Shown here: one piece after another, positions 12,331 to 25,687 of the stretch
Layout: every line of letters starts with the position of its first letter
How positions within the stretch are numbered: position 1 is the first letter of the stretch
Made by a program: the position numbers and the translations under genes
The notes under the pieces: generated by a model
Told to the model about the DNA's origin: nothing
Databases searched by the model: none
The model's input: only the letters and a program-made list of their open reading frames with translations
From: Haliotis cracherodii
Lineage: Eukaryota
NCBI RefSeq assembly: GCF_022045235.1
Contig: NW_027266275.1
Coordinates: forward strand, 70,866,001-70,930,000
Direction of reading: 5' to 3'
DNA: 64,000 nucleotides

Positions 12331-13688
12331 TTGTAGTATTTGTTTGTGTGTTTTCAACCTCTCAATGAGGGGCGGTGGCATAGTCGAGTTGTTAAAACGT
12401 CTAGTCACGCCGATGACCCGGATTCGATTCCCAGCATGGCGACAAAACCATACTTACTCTCCTTCCTACCTGATCCGTGATCAATGGCCCGTTTCGCCTC
12501 AATGGGTGGTAAATACGCATATTCTCTCTTGAATTTGTATCCTCCCGGATAAAACCTACCCGAGCCACCCGTGAGTGAAATGAAATTGTAGCATGAAACG
12601 CAAACGACAGGAAACAAGTGTAGAATAATCATTGTATTAACAAGTATCATAATGTACACAAACTGTATTCATAACAAATATAAACAATGTAATACAAGTG
12701 AGAAAACAATGGCCGCTCCCGATAAAACTAGCAGCCGATACTTGTTGCGCTTATTGAAGAGACTTCGGTAATTAGATTATCGTAAATACAGGCCTGCAGG
12801 ATGATGTACAAGCGATTAACATTACCACTGCATCAGTGATTTGGCAAAGGATCATCTACCCATCCTCTCACACACTCTGTGAATTAATTTTCAAGTACTA
12901 ACGCACTATTTTTACCTTGACAAAAAATATACTTTATTGGTCGAGGGCGACACTTTCGCCCGTGAAACACTAGCCACGGAACCCGGGAACCGTGGTATCA
13001 TGTGCAAATGCTGCCAAGGGATATTCGAAGACACTACGATCGAGATTGATTCCATACGTTTCACTACTCTTGAATGGACGGAAACATTTATATTTCCTTA
13101 TTCCGTCTCACTGTCAAATACCCTGCGAAGATCCGGGTTACACATGCTCTTCATGATCAGCAACCCGTGCTTGTCGTGTGAGGCGACGAACGTTGCTGGT
13201 GATGTCAGTCACTTGATTATCTTATTGCGTAAAACAGCAAACAAACAAACATTGTCAAATATCCATTACGAAAAACACCTAAATATATTCTGCTGCGATC
13301 GCCCTTAGTGCGATGGTGATATTCGGTATGACAAATGCTGATATGTAATTATCTTTGGCGTGAAGTGACAGTTCTATCAATAACATGACTTTATGACCCA
13401 TCAGAGTTGTCAGGTAACATTGATAAATGCTATTCAGGAATGATTATTTATACCCCTGCAAAGCCATCGTCTTTCCAAATCACCACAGTAATATTACACC
13501 TTGAAATACGGTTTCTCGTGTCTCAATACACATGGGTCCTGATGCATCGCTGATGGAAGCGTTGTTTTGCACGGTTGACTGTGGCAGTGTTTTTGAATGT
13601 TCACCAGAAGATCAGTGGAAAGAAGCACTGTTAAGAGATAGTCATTTCCATGACAATCCCTTAGAGGTTGTGGTGTGAAAGAGGTTTA

Positions 13689-13854
13689 GTGAGTGAGTGA
13701 GAATGGTTTTACGCCGCTTTTAGCAATATTCCAGCAATATCACGGCAGGGGACACCAGAAAGGGGCTTCACACATTGTACCCATGTCGGGAATCGAACCC
13801 GGGTTTTCGGCGTGACGAGCGAACGCTTTAACCACTGGGCTACCCGACCGCCCC
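13689..13854 (-). mobile_element. tRNA(Asp-like) SINE copy; others ~12368-12460, 18570-18726, 20908-21045, 32259-32410, 34920-35085, 35615-35765
   Basis: Matches 31600-31778. The 12-bp TSD gaaagaggttta overlaps the tail of the adjacent Meta-like SINE. Confidence 0.88.
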
Positions 13855-13897
13855 GAAAGAGGTTTAACGACGCCTTCAAGATTATTGCACTTATAGC

Positions 13898-13946
<49 letters not shown>

Positions 13947-14773
13947 CTGCTTGTTCTAGCACGGACTAATGCCGGTTTTATAGTGCAAGCCCACTGAGAT
14001 ACCATACAGTTTAACACGAATACCCCCCTCAGAAACAATATACTGACTCCTTGTTTTAGCCCCTTAATGTCGAGTGCCAGAGAAGGAAACAACAAGTACC
14101 ATCTTTTAACGTTTTTTTGGTATGACTCGGTAGGGGATCAACCCCTTGACCCTCAGGTCTCCAGGGGGACGCTCTGTCCACTGGACCACGGAGGCGGTCG
14201 ACAATCTTATAACACTGAGTGTTAATTGACGCTTATAACTGTTTGTGGCGAGCCCTTATTAAACAAGTTCCCAGTTCACTGGCTGTGATAATATTTCATG
14301 ATAATATATTATTTCTTGATAAGGAATGACTGCAGTTGTTTCTTCAAAATTTTGTAAAGCTATTCTACCAAGGCCCACACTCACTGACACTAAAATAATA
14401 TAGGACGTACGCACAGTCCATACATTCATCTTTCACTGATTGCGATAAAATAATAAAATTATATTTCCCGATCGGGAATTGATGTAACTGTTTCTTCAAA
14501 ATTATGTCAAGTTCTGCTTCCAAAGTCTAAATCACCTTGACGCCAATAGCTTAATGTGGCAAGAACTAAATCTACATCGTTCACTGGTTGTGATTAAATG
14601 GCATGTTCCGATGACACGAATAGTGCACACTGGACACTGCCATAAATACACCGGAAGAACAGACGATGACCACTTGAATCCAGATATACGCTTGATCTCA
14701 CTGATATGTTTCAATCATTCTTCAAACTTGTGGTTCCAACGTTCAAGCACCCCTTTGATCCTCCCTGCAGAAG

Positions 14774-17700
14774 TCAGTAGTAAAGGAAGTCAGGGTCGGG
14801 CGGTGGGGCAGATGGGTCTAGTCTCGGTTGTTGATCCACCTGTGTCGCTAGATGTGGAACAGTGTTTGTACTCGAGGCAATAGAAGAAACTTGCGTATTT
14901 GCCTGTGACCGATCAGAAGGAATGGCGTCCATAGGAATTGCCATTGCCGTCATGTCTGGGTTGAAGGCAGTCTGGCCATGGAGATATGGATTTGCAGTAC
15001 GTTCAGTTCTCGTTGCTCTACGCCTGTCAAAATGTAACCCCAAGCACATGAACATGCCTCCAGCTATTGTACAACAACTGCTGCTGACTCCGAGTATGAC
15101 GCCCCAGGCGATGGTGCTTATCCCTTGGTGTACAACACATGAAGCCAGGGAGAGAAGACCTGGAAATGAAAGTACACCTATTACGCACATACCTACGTAT
15201 TATCTATTGATTCCATGGTACATGGCACAGTTTGATGTCATGATGACCTGATAACATTAGATCGAATACAACTTTAGAATAACAAATTTATATTGTTCAT
15301 TTATCTGTAATCAGGACTTTATCGTGGCACCATTGACGTCATATAGCAAGGGACATCAGCTATGGTGTATTTAATGGCAACAGAACTTTAGAAGAGAAAA
15401 TATTAAATTGTAAAATTTGTATTTTGTTACTCTAAAACTGCTAAGTCAATACTTTTCATGTTGAAAAGTACAAGAAAAAAAGTTCATTTTCGTGTCATGT
15501 TACACATACTGAAATAATATATTAGGCTTTCTGCAAACAATAGAACCAATTTAAACAAAGCAATCTTAAGGCTACGGTTGTGTTGCAGTGATTCAAAAAC
15601 ACATGCTTATGTGGAAAAGGCCATGTTGCTTTTATTTGCAAGTATGTCCGTAAATACATTAAGTTAATTTTTTGTGTACAAACCTAGTCGTGTCTACTAT
15701 CAGCTTTACTGTCAGGAATGTGGTTTCCTACCTTTCAACATCGACATTTAAATAGTAACTAACATTGCCAAGGACTAATAGCTATTCATATCCGTGTCTG
15801 TCACACTGGTTAAAAAAGACCAAAAGATAGAATGTCCACAAATATTCGATCATGTGTCTGTGTAGTCTTACGGCTCACTTATTCAGGCCCAAACCACGGT
15901 GTCATCTAAGACTCGAGGTACACCGTTGGTGTGTAGCATGATACACGACACACGCCGATAACATGGTAGGAACCCGAATGTTTTAACTTTAACGTGGAGC
16001 ACAAGTTGTTTGTTATCGAACTTCACCATCTTTTCAGATGTCTATGTCTGTAATTTATGATTTGTTTGTATATTGTTTATCGCCGCACTCAACAATATTC
16101 CAGCTATATGACGGCGGTCTGTAAATAATCGAATCTGGACCACACAATCTAGTGATTGACATCACGAACATCGATCCACTCAAATGGGATACGATGATCC
16201 CGTTAATCGCCTCTTACGACAAGCATGGTTTGCTGAAGATCAGTGTGAGATTTTTTTATCATCCAACATCATTCTTCCAACTTTTTCAGTTTGTAGACAG
16301 TAATAAGTAGTGTCTTAAGTGTAAAAAGTACTGCTAACAGCTTCAGTAGCAGAGCCATTAGTGATGTCATTTGATTGTGACGTCATGGTAACCAATGACG
16401 TCACAATGGTCTGCAAAGCATTGTGATGCAATTTCGTTGCAGCAATTATCATATCTACAGTGTAGGGTTGCGTTGCAAAGCGCCAGTCGCTTGTAGGCGA
16501 TGTACAGCGATTCGCCGTACAACAGTGCGCTAACTTTCAGCCGCTTGCAAGCGAAACAATCGCTGACTGAGGTCGCTTCGTTCTCAAACCAAAATGGCGG
16601 CTAACTTTGACAGCAGAACAAGGAATTTTAAACTGGATCAACGAGAAAATGAGCAAAGGTAGCTAACACACCATCATCCTCAGTCTGCTCCACATCTTCA
16701 AGTAGTCATAAATTTCATCAGCTCGTCATCGAGCCTCTTCTATTACGTTCTTCATTACGCGGATGGTCAGGCTCGCTGACATGGTTGATGCATGTCATCA
16801 TATCCCAATTACGTGGATAGATGCTCATGATGTCAATCACTGGATTGTCTGGTCCAGACTCGATTATTTACAAACCGCCGTCATATAGCTGGAAGATTGC
16901 TGAGTGCGGCGTTTAACAACAAACAAACAAACGTCAAGGCAACCAACCGGTAGTTGCGCCGCCATTTTGGAATAGTACGCAAGCGCTTCGAACTGTTGCA
17001 GACCCCGGGTTGAGCGGTGAATTTGCTTTCTCTAAGCGATTCGTGGCTTGCAACGCGCCCTAGATATCGCTTGATCTTACCCAAGCGATATCTCCTGTGT
17101 AGCCAGTTTTGGATGATAAATATATGTACAGTAATGGAATGTGTTTGAAAAAATCGGGATATTGTATCCTGCGTCTTTGTAGTCTCCTGTTTGTCTTTGT
17201 TTTCCTACATTTTCTAGAGGAAGAAAATTGAACCTGTGGCCCAGTCGCCTCTTACGACAAGCATGAAGGCCTATTTTAACCCGGATCTTCACGGGCGGAC
17301 ACATCCTAATGTGAATATTAACCGCATGCGTGTGTGAAGAGAAATTCATTCAAATATGTTAACCTACTATCTGAAAATCCTCGTCTTGTGAAGCATTATT
17401 TTTTATTCTTTAATGAAAACTGATCAATGATTATGTGATCACAGTCGGATAGTCAACAGTAATGAGTTATGTCAGGTTGAAATGTGTTTCGATCAGCTCA
17501 GCTGAGGTGAATGTTAGGAACATATTATGAGAATGTTAGGAATATATTATGAGAATGTTAGGAACATATTATGAGAATGTTAGGAATATATTATGAGAAT
17601 GTTAGGAATATATTATGAGAATGTTAGGAACATATTATGAGAATGTTAGGAACATATTATGAGAATGTTAGGAATATATTATGAGAATGTTAGGAACATA

Positions 17701-20700
17701 TTATGAGAATGTTAGGAACATATTAGGAGAATGTTAGGAACATATTATGAGAATGTTAGGAACATATTATGAAAATCGTACCACAAAAAACGGGGAACAC
17801 AGAGACGAAGGCATTTTCTGACTGAAGACTTTTTGAGTAGGCTGTGCAGTTATGGAGGAAGATGAGACACAGCGAGATGAAGCAGAAAGCCAGAGCGATG
17901 CACGCCAGCACTCTGGATACTAGGAGCGACGCTGGAACAAAGACATGCTTTAAGATACACGTTAAATCAATAGCTGGTTCGGAAGAGTAAGGACGTACGT
18001 AAATATGTAAACGATTTTTTTATGCAGTGCGAATGATCGACATTAGTTCAATAGACATAAACATCTTCAGACAAATACATGAAAGTGAAACCTGGGACGT
18101 GAATTGTCGTACTCTTTCATAATAGTTAAGTAATAAAGTAAAAAACATGTAAATGGTCTTCAAAGAGCGTCATACGACTCTTGCTCAGAAGTTTTTGATC
18201 AAGGTTACAACATTCAAGGCCTCAGTAAAGTTTTCAAAAGTTTTATGGTAGACATGTGCAGGACATTTCCAAATTTGACGCATCAGTGACAAAAATGATG
18301 TCAGATGCAATTCCCCATTTTAACTTGTACCATATGTTTCCGTGTATTTTCAGCTGAACAATGGACTTGCCTTTGCATGTATTTGTGATGGGTGCCACCG
18401 GTGGGGCAGGATACGGTCACCTTTTCGCGTACACCTGGTATCATAACTTTTTGATTGTGATTCATACAAATGCTCATGATATCGTCGGAATTGTACAATC
18501 GACGCTGCTTTGTGCAGAGATTTCTATTGGATATGGAAAAAGTTTTGTCGCTTTATTGCAATCAATTCTAGGCGATGGGGTAGCCGAGTGGTTCAAGCGT
18601 TTGGTCGTCACGTTGACTGCCCGGGTCGTTCCCTACATGGGGACAATGTGTGAAGAACATTTTAAGTGTCCCCCGGCCTAATATTACTGGAATATTGCTA
18701 CAACAGGCGCAACAGCATACTCACTCCAAGAAATTGGATTTTGAAACGTAAAACTAAAATAATAGATTACAATCTTTACCGTTGATGGTCAAACCAACAA
18801 AGACGTAGTTTATGCATTACACAGAAAGTAATTATACCATTCCCAGAACGTCTTGACCTAAGTTGACGTGCAATATTACGTGGGTGAGTCTCGGTGCATG
18901 TAATGATATTGAAGGTAAAAAATCAGAAAGTAATTCAAACATCACGTGAAAGAACACTTACAGCGTTCTTATCAGAGCAGGTGTTTTTCCGGTCACGTAC
19001 AGGTACACGTCTGTAATTATCATCCTGGCGCTATGCCGTGTTTTCTCTAATGAGCGCCACCTGCAGTCACCTATATAGTAACTACGGGTATGACGAACTT
19101 AAAGGGGCCACTCATTCAGTTCGTTATAACCGTAGTTCATAATAAGCATATATACCGTAAATAGTCGAGACCATAAACAGTTCGTTATATCCGTCAGTAC
19201 GTTATAATCGCGTTTGTTATAAACGTAGTTTATTGTAATGACCTATGATCCATAGGAAGACTTTCTGTAAATAATCGAGTCTGGACCAGACAACCCTGTG
19301 ATTGACATCATGAGCATCGATTGATCTGCGTGTGTGTGTGTGGCTGTTTGTACCTGTCCGGACAAAATGCCGGTTTTATAGTGCCAGCCCATTGAGATAC
19401 CATGCCGAGGTTTAATATTATATATAATAATAATGTGGGTACTTATATTGCGCTAGCCTCCATACACTCGCTGCATGCTCAAAGCGCTAACAATATTACC
19501 CCGGGCGTTGGATCAGTGTGCACTCGAGTTTCATTCTCAGCTTCATGGGGAGTATACAACCCAAGCTGCCCTGGCGCTAGAAGGTTAACAGTCACATTTC
19601 CATCTCATTCCACCGGGTTCCCATTTTGTACTGCTTGGTGAACTGGGGCGCTTTTCGAACAATGTCACTTGCCTCAGGAGGTTTAACCCTTTCATGTGTG
19701 TATAGATGAAACCTGTATTGAATTTGCACAAAAACTGTATTGTACACCATAACAACGGATTCTATTCATACCGGTTCAACTAGCAATACAATATTTCTGA
19801 ATAAATTTATGGGGAGGAGTGAGTGGTTAGGGCTGAGGCGGGAAAGAATGAACACTGGGCCTCCAATAAACTACCCGGGGTATATATTTTGGCTGATACG
19901 GTAAGAATCACGTGGATATTGACTCTGCCTCAGGAAACACATTTCAATGAGGTTTATCAATCTGATAATACTGTGCAAATATAAATTGATATATGGATTA
20001 CGCTAGTGTCACTTGAGACACGTGTGGCAGATGAATAAAGTCTGACTCATCCTTGTGGTTTTGTTGCACAGAGGAAGTTTGAGATGCTGGACAGTGCAGA
20101 AATTAGCTTCAGGTGCACGAACAAAGGAAGAGTTTTAAGTTTACGTAATCGAGCCATGATGTTACGGATGCGTGGCTCTGGCTGCCTAAGTTTGTTTGTT
20201 TGTTGTTTAACGCCGCACTCAGCAATATTCCAGTTATATGACGGCGGTCTGTAAATAATCGAGTCTGGACCAGACAATCCAGTGATTGACAATGAGCATC
20301 TATCTACGTAATTGGGATACGATGACATGCATCAACCAAGTCATTGAGCCTGACCACCCGATCCCGTTAGTCGTCTTTTACGCAAGCATGGGTTGCTGAA
20401 GACCTATTCTACCCCGGATCTTCACGGGTGTGACCGCCTTACGGATACTGCCTATAGCACACGTGTATATGAAGTTTTGTCTTTCGGGAATACAATATTA
20501 TATGCTAAATTTATTCTAAGCAGAAATGTACCCTTTGGGATTCCGGGTTAATACTGGTCGTAAGAGACGACCTAATGAACCGGATAGTCAGGCTTGCTTA
20601 ATTGTCTGTCGTCGTATCGCGACGGCGTGGAATGTTGCCCATACAAATCACTTGATTGTCTGGTCCATATTTTTTGCATATAGCTGGAATATGGAGGCAG

Positions 20701-23237
20701 CAACATTGCTTACATTGCTTGCCACACACAGGCATCATTGATAACTATGACTACACATAGAATTTATATGGTGGCCACGATATACACATCCATTTTAAGA
20801 ACTAATGTAGGTATACTATTGATTCATGAAATAATGTATTTAAATGGAAATTGGGGCTGTGTTTCTCCTCATACAGATATCTATTTTCTTACTTGCTTCT
20901 AAAACAAGTGAGTGAATGAGTGAGTATGGTTTTACGCCGCGTTTAGAAATATTCCAGCAATATCACGGGGGGTGATATCGGACTTCACACATTGTACTCA
21001 TGTGGGGAATCGAACCTTGGTCTTCATGATGAGACAACGTTTTAATTACAAAGAAATGTATACTGCAGAGTGAGATTTGAGAGCTGTTAATCATTGACTC
21101 ATTAACTGCATGAGTTTTCAACACGTGACAACCCTCCGCATGACGCGACGTGTCACACTGTGTGTGATGATAACCTCTAATGGCTGTAGGGAACCGATTT
21201 CTCAACCCAATCCTCCTCACCCCCAACACACTGTCCGCTCTACCCCCACCACATACCCCCTACATTCCCCCAAGCCCCACCCTCACAGACCCCTACCCCA
21301 ACCCCCACATACCCCTACCCCACACGCCATGTCAGCTTCTATCAAACCGACGGCCATATTTGTACCTGCAGACTACGAACTCTGCTATGCGTTCACTGTG
21401 TGTCGATGATCGACAATGTTAATGACTATGTGCTGTTGTTGCTTCGGTATCCATGACGGATTGTGCATTCGTCGTATGTCTAAAGAAATGACACCTATAA
21501 GTAAACATTTCTGTCACGTTTCATGGTACGTATTCAGAATGTTAAGCTTAAATAAGATATTAAAATGGGCTCCAGTACACAGTAAAATTTAATTGTACCT
21601 TCACGTAAATAATTGAATGCGAACAAAAACTCCTACCTATCAACTTCACAAGCCTTTATTGTTCACTGAACGTTAAACCTACACTAATTGTGACTAAGAA
21701 GGAATGTTTGAGATGCCATACGCTGATTATTAAATGTTACACCCATGTTTGCTATACACACTGTCATACTTGTGTGCCTGCTCGTGTCCGTTTGACGGTC
21801 AGACCGCGCCTTCGACTGGCGTCATCAAAAACATGACTTTATTAGTATCTCCCTGTTTCTGTTGACAAGCTAGAGTGTCCATGTTCCTGGCTGCACGTTA
21901 AGGGGGGAGCATAATGGAAACATATATCGGAGACATGAGTGAGTGAGTGAGTTGTGTTTAACGCCGCTTTTAACAGTATTCCAGTTATATCGCGGCGTGT
22001 CAGCTTAATGTGGGAGGAAAGCCCGAAGTGATGCACGTCTCAGACGTTTGTCACTTCGGTGAAACCCACGAGCACGAGTATGGTGCTGACAGACCTAGAA
22101 ACATAACGGAGACATGATCCCTACTGGCACACATTAGGCACCTAGTCCAAAATAATAGTCCCGTTATGACAATCAAACCTACTTCCATCTTCAGTTTTCA
22201 AAAGATACTTTTTCTTTTACAGTGTGAAATAGAATTTTGTTTTCTTCACTTTTTCGGTTTTTTTGGATTCGATAATTGACTTGCCCTTGCGTGTTTTTGT
22301 TCGGTGGGGTAGAATAAGGTCAACTATTCGCGAACACTTGGTGTCATCACTATTTAATAGTGGTCCCTAAGCACATGCTTAAGATATAGTCAGAATGTAC
22401 CCTGTTTCAGCTTTTGGGACAGCTTTCTCATTGATTATTGAACTAATTTTTGTCGCCATTTTTATAAGAATTAAAATGAGTTCACTTGACAGTAAATTCA
22501 ATTAACGAGAACCAACAGTCATAAATTTCCATACTTTGTAGAGCAGGATTGATGACCTTTTTGACAACACTTGCTGTCATCACTGATTTTCAGTGATCCA
22601 TTCATATACTTGTCAACGGCTCAGCGCTATTTTGCTTTTCACCAATGGAATCTGTTTTGTCGGAAAGTCGAGATATGTTTTTCTCTTGCGTTGGCGGTTA
22701 ATATATTCAATCATTTGGGAATGAATCACACAAAACTCAAATATCTATTATTAAAAAACACCAAAATGAACAGAGTCTACACATGAAAAATAATGAAAAT
22801 TGATACGGATGTAAAACTATGGTAAAACGTCAATCATGATCACAGAACAGGAAAATGCTAGCGTTCATTATTACATGTATGTGCCAGATGTGGGAAAAAA
22901 GAAACAAAATAGATCGGTTATGACAATCACAGCCTATTATCGACATTGTTATTTTAGGTACCACGGACGTGTATTTTTAATTAACATTTGAATAATATTA
23001 AATTATTATGATAACTTTATACTTACTATCCCCTTCTACCAAAGTATACGTCCGGCAGTTGGTAAGTCCATCACACATGTGTTGCCACAATCCGGAGTAT
23101 AGCACAGGTGTGTTACCATCCCCACCTTCACGATTCCACGCAGGGACTCCAAAAGCTACGGTAAATCCTACAAATCCGAGGACCATAACACCCAACCCAG
23201 AGCGGTACAAGCCCCCCTTTTCCGCCCAGTGGGGCAT
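14774..23237 (-). CDS. Claudin/PMP22-like tetraspan protein, paralog 2 (~248 aa); exons 23237-23027, 17931-17782, 15159-14774
   Basis: Exon 1 reads MPHWAEK...W...GLWQHMC-x4-C. The 150-bp exon 2 is not in the ORF track; it reads SLLVSRVLACIALAFCFISLCLIFLHNCTAYSKSLQSENAFVSVFPVFC, homologous to paralog 1 exon 2 (IFLHNCTTYSKRLQSENA). Exon 3 shares GLHFDRxRATRT with paralog 1. Introns are phase-1 GT-AG. Confidence 0.88.
16466..17060. mobile_element. PIF/Harbinger-like MITE carrying a retroposon fragment
   Basis: Imperfect TIRs ggttgcgttgcaa and ttgcaacgcgccc, flanked by tag on both sides. Confidence 0.5.
17509..17772. repeat. 22-bp minisatellite x12
   Basis: Unit gaatgttaggaa(c/t)atattatga; it begins 10 bp inside intron 2 of claudin-like paralog 2. 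Confidence 0.95.
18155..18556 (+). mobile_element. Penelope-like retroelement 3' fragment (RT thumb at ORF end; possibly Naiad-type); second copy ~36855-37200
   Basis: Frameshifted FKERHTTLAQK..DQGYNIQGLSKVFK.FYGRHVQDISKFDASVTKMMSDAIP, followed by a shared 3' segment. Two similar copies lie in the window. The clade assignment is from memory. Confidence 0.55.
19425..19680 (-). mobile_element. CORE-like SINE fragment with L2-type tail
   Basis: The minus strand reads cctgaggcaagtgac...cagttcaccaagcagtacaaaatggg...agcgctttgagca...gcgcaatataagt(att)n. Confidence 0.6.
20190..20428 (-). mobile_element. Non-tRNA-headed SINE-like retroposon (~240 bp) with structured 5' end, full length
   Basis: Begins cccgtgaagatcc and ends gctggaatattgctgagtgcggcgttaaac(aaac)n. 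More than 10 copies occur in the window. Confidence 0.85.
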
Positions 23238-24657
23238 GGTGGTGCCTCCAGATCTCACTCTGCGGCCTGACTACCGCTATCTCCGTGTCCTCAGCATGGT
23301 TCCTGGAAATCAAGCCACTTAGGTGAATAGTTAATTAATAGTGCAGTGACAGCATGTGTACACAAGTGCAGGAATTCACCCTCAGGTGCTTGTCATCAAA
23401 TACCATGGACACCAATAAATGAGTAATGTTAGCTGGGGGCTGAATAGGTCCGTCGTTATCAGTGTCACCCGCTGAATAAAGTCTTTGTTGTTCTCTTATC
23501 TAACTGTAGGCGTCACGTAATTTCCTTATAGGCCACAATGGTTTCTTACAGGTGTTCCTTGATAGTAGTGCATGGCCCTTTGGAATCAATTAATTCCTGT
23601 ACCTATATGTTGAACTGAGTTGACAGGTGATGCATCACGCATACTCAGTGAAGATGACACAGTGTTACCATATAACATATGGCCGATCACCAGATGTTAT
23701 CGATCTCTGAGGCACGGTTTCGTCAGTAAAATACAACCAACTGACCTGGTTACGTATCACAGGATGAGGAGATCGATAGAAATGTGACCACGCTTGTCAA
23801 ATATTTCCTATTTTCCAAGCTCAACCCAAACTGAATTGAATAATCCCGTGGTTAAGCGCTGTAAGCTTATCAAGCTAGACGTTGTCAGCTATGTCAACAT
23901 GCACGGCTAAGCTGCCTAAGGTCAGATTAACACACTGTCCATTGCAGGCATGCTGCGCTGCTGTATAATGCCGTTACTGGATGACGCATGTTCACTTTGT
24001 ATTACCTTGCGACTTCCTGGAAATTGCCCCATTCGTCGAATCCCATATGCGTGCACTTTGTCCGTGGTAACATTGATATGTGCGGATAAACACACAAGTT
24101 ACAGAAGGCTGTGACAATTAACGAGGTCATTACCATTAACGCGACAAGATAGCAGAATATAAGGTCACGGGTTAAACACGTTTAAATAACTTACATGTAT
24201 ATATTGAAAAATATGATTTCCGTGCCATTACGTCGTTGAAAAACTGCTCTGACGTCCAAAGATCTGTATGATCATATTGCGGTTTTAAACATAAAAATGT
24301 TTATTTTTTTTGGTTCTATTTTAATAATTCATTTCGAAACCCAATGTATATACCATACACGGATACAGGTGGGAGTTGCCAGGGGCGTACTTACTTTGTT
24401 GACGTATAAATAAACATACATAAATCGAAATGTGGTGGCAGTTATATTTGACTACTTTTTGGCTAACAAACACAAATTGTTTCCCGAAATATGTCCCTTT
24501 TTATTTGCCATGTTTGAATTTTTTAAATATTTTGTTCCAGAAACAAACGTTCTCCAAACAAGGTGCTAATTGGACATGCTGGGCCGAACAAGTTGAGACA
24601 AAACAATAATTGTTAGAATCTTGCTGTCATTGTCGTAAGTGAGTGTTTTGAAGTAGA

Positions 24658-24797
24658 NNNNNNNNNNNNNNNNNNNNNNNNNNNNNNNNNNNNNNNNNNN
24701 NNNNNNNNNNNNNNNNNNNNNNNNNNNNNNNNNNNNNNNNNNNNNNNNNNNNNNNNNNNNNNNNNNNNNNNNNNNNNNNNNNNNNNNNNNNNNNNNN
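24658..24797. other. Assembly gap
   Basis: N run. Confidence 1.
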
Positions 24798-24799
24798 TA

Positions 24800-25343
24800 A
24801 TATTAAATGGTGGGACCCTTACAAGGCGATATGCATGACTCAGTGTATGAGCCAGTGTATGAATGCTGGCATGTGTTATGTAGTTACATATCGTGATGTG
24901 GCAAGTTATTGATCTAATACGAAATAGATATGCCTCGCTATGCATGTGAATACTTTTAAAGTGAAATTATATCTAGTTCGTAGCTAAATATGTACACGTA
25001 ATCAATATTTAGTTGTCTGATAACAATGTGGTAGTCATGGTGACAAGCGGGCAGTTTGTTTGCCAATCTTTGATAAATACATGCGTGTATGTGTAACCTC
25101 ATTTATCCCGTATCCCTTCTCAGCTGTATGACTCAAGAAATGGTGTTCTCGAGGATTAAGAAAACACTTGCTTCGCCATGCAATTCAAGAACAGAGATGT
25201 TCAGCAATGTGGTTCAGGAATACCCCTGGAGAATGATCACAGGAGATCAGTGCTCGCATCTGTAGTGAAATTAAATAGTTATCTGTTTACCGTGTCGATC
25301 CAACGAAGGTTCCGCTTAAACGATGAAAGCCGGCGTAATATGT
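24800..25343 (-). repeat. ~540-bp dispersed repeat, right arm of an inverted pair, abutting a gap
   Basis: Reverse complement of 8024-8565. Confidence 0.9.
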
Positions 25344-25687
25344 GTCAAAGTGTAACTGCCATTTAAAATCTTAATCACAGTATTTTACTTTTGTAAACAC
25401 TGGGGCTCGCTTCGTGTTTGTTTTTGTGTTTTTTTAACGCCGTACCCATCAGTCTTCCAGGTATTTGACGGCGGTCTGTAAATAATCGAGTCCGGACAAG
25501 ACAATCGAGTGAGTGACATCATGAGCATCTAACTACGTAATTGAGATACTATGAAATGCATCCCCTTACTCGCCCCTTACGACAAGCATGGCTTGCCGAA
25601 GATCAGTTCTAACCCGGAACACCACGGGAGCGTACTTGTAAGATGTAGATTTGTTATGGGGACACCTGATTTGGATATATTGATATA

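Noticed and set aside
10623-12408. 563-aa VTVGAIA and poly-Leu ORFs
   Set aside because: By-products of a 21-bp satellite that lacks stops in several frames.
20390-20428. CUGAAGA hammerhead core on the antisense strand of the structured-head element; HDV fold on the sense strand
   Set aside because: There is no GAAA after a stem II, and no P1.1 GG before the P4-like hairpin.
25295-25343. Hammerhead-like ccaacga...gaaagccggcgta at the outer end of the inverted arm
   Set aside because: The core deviates from CUGANGA and stem I cannot be formed convincingly.
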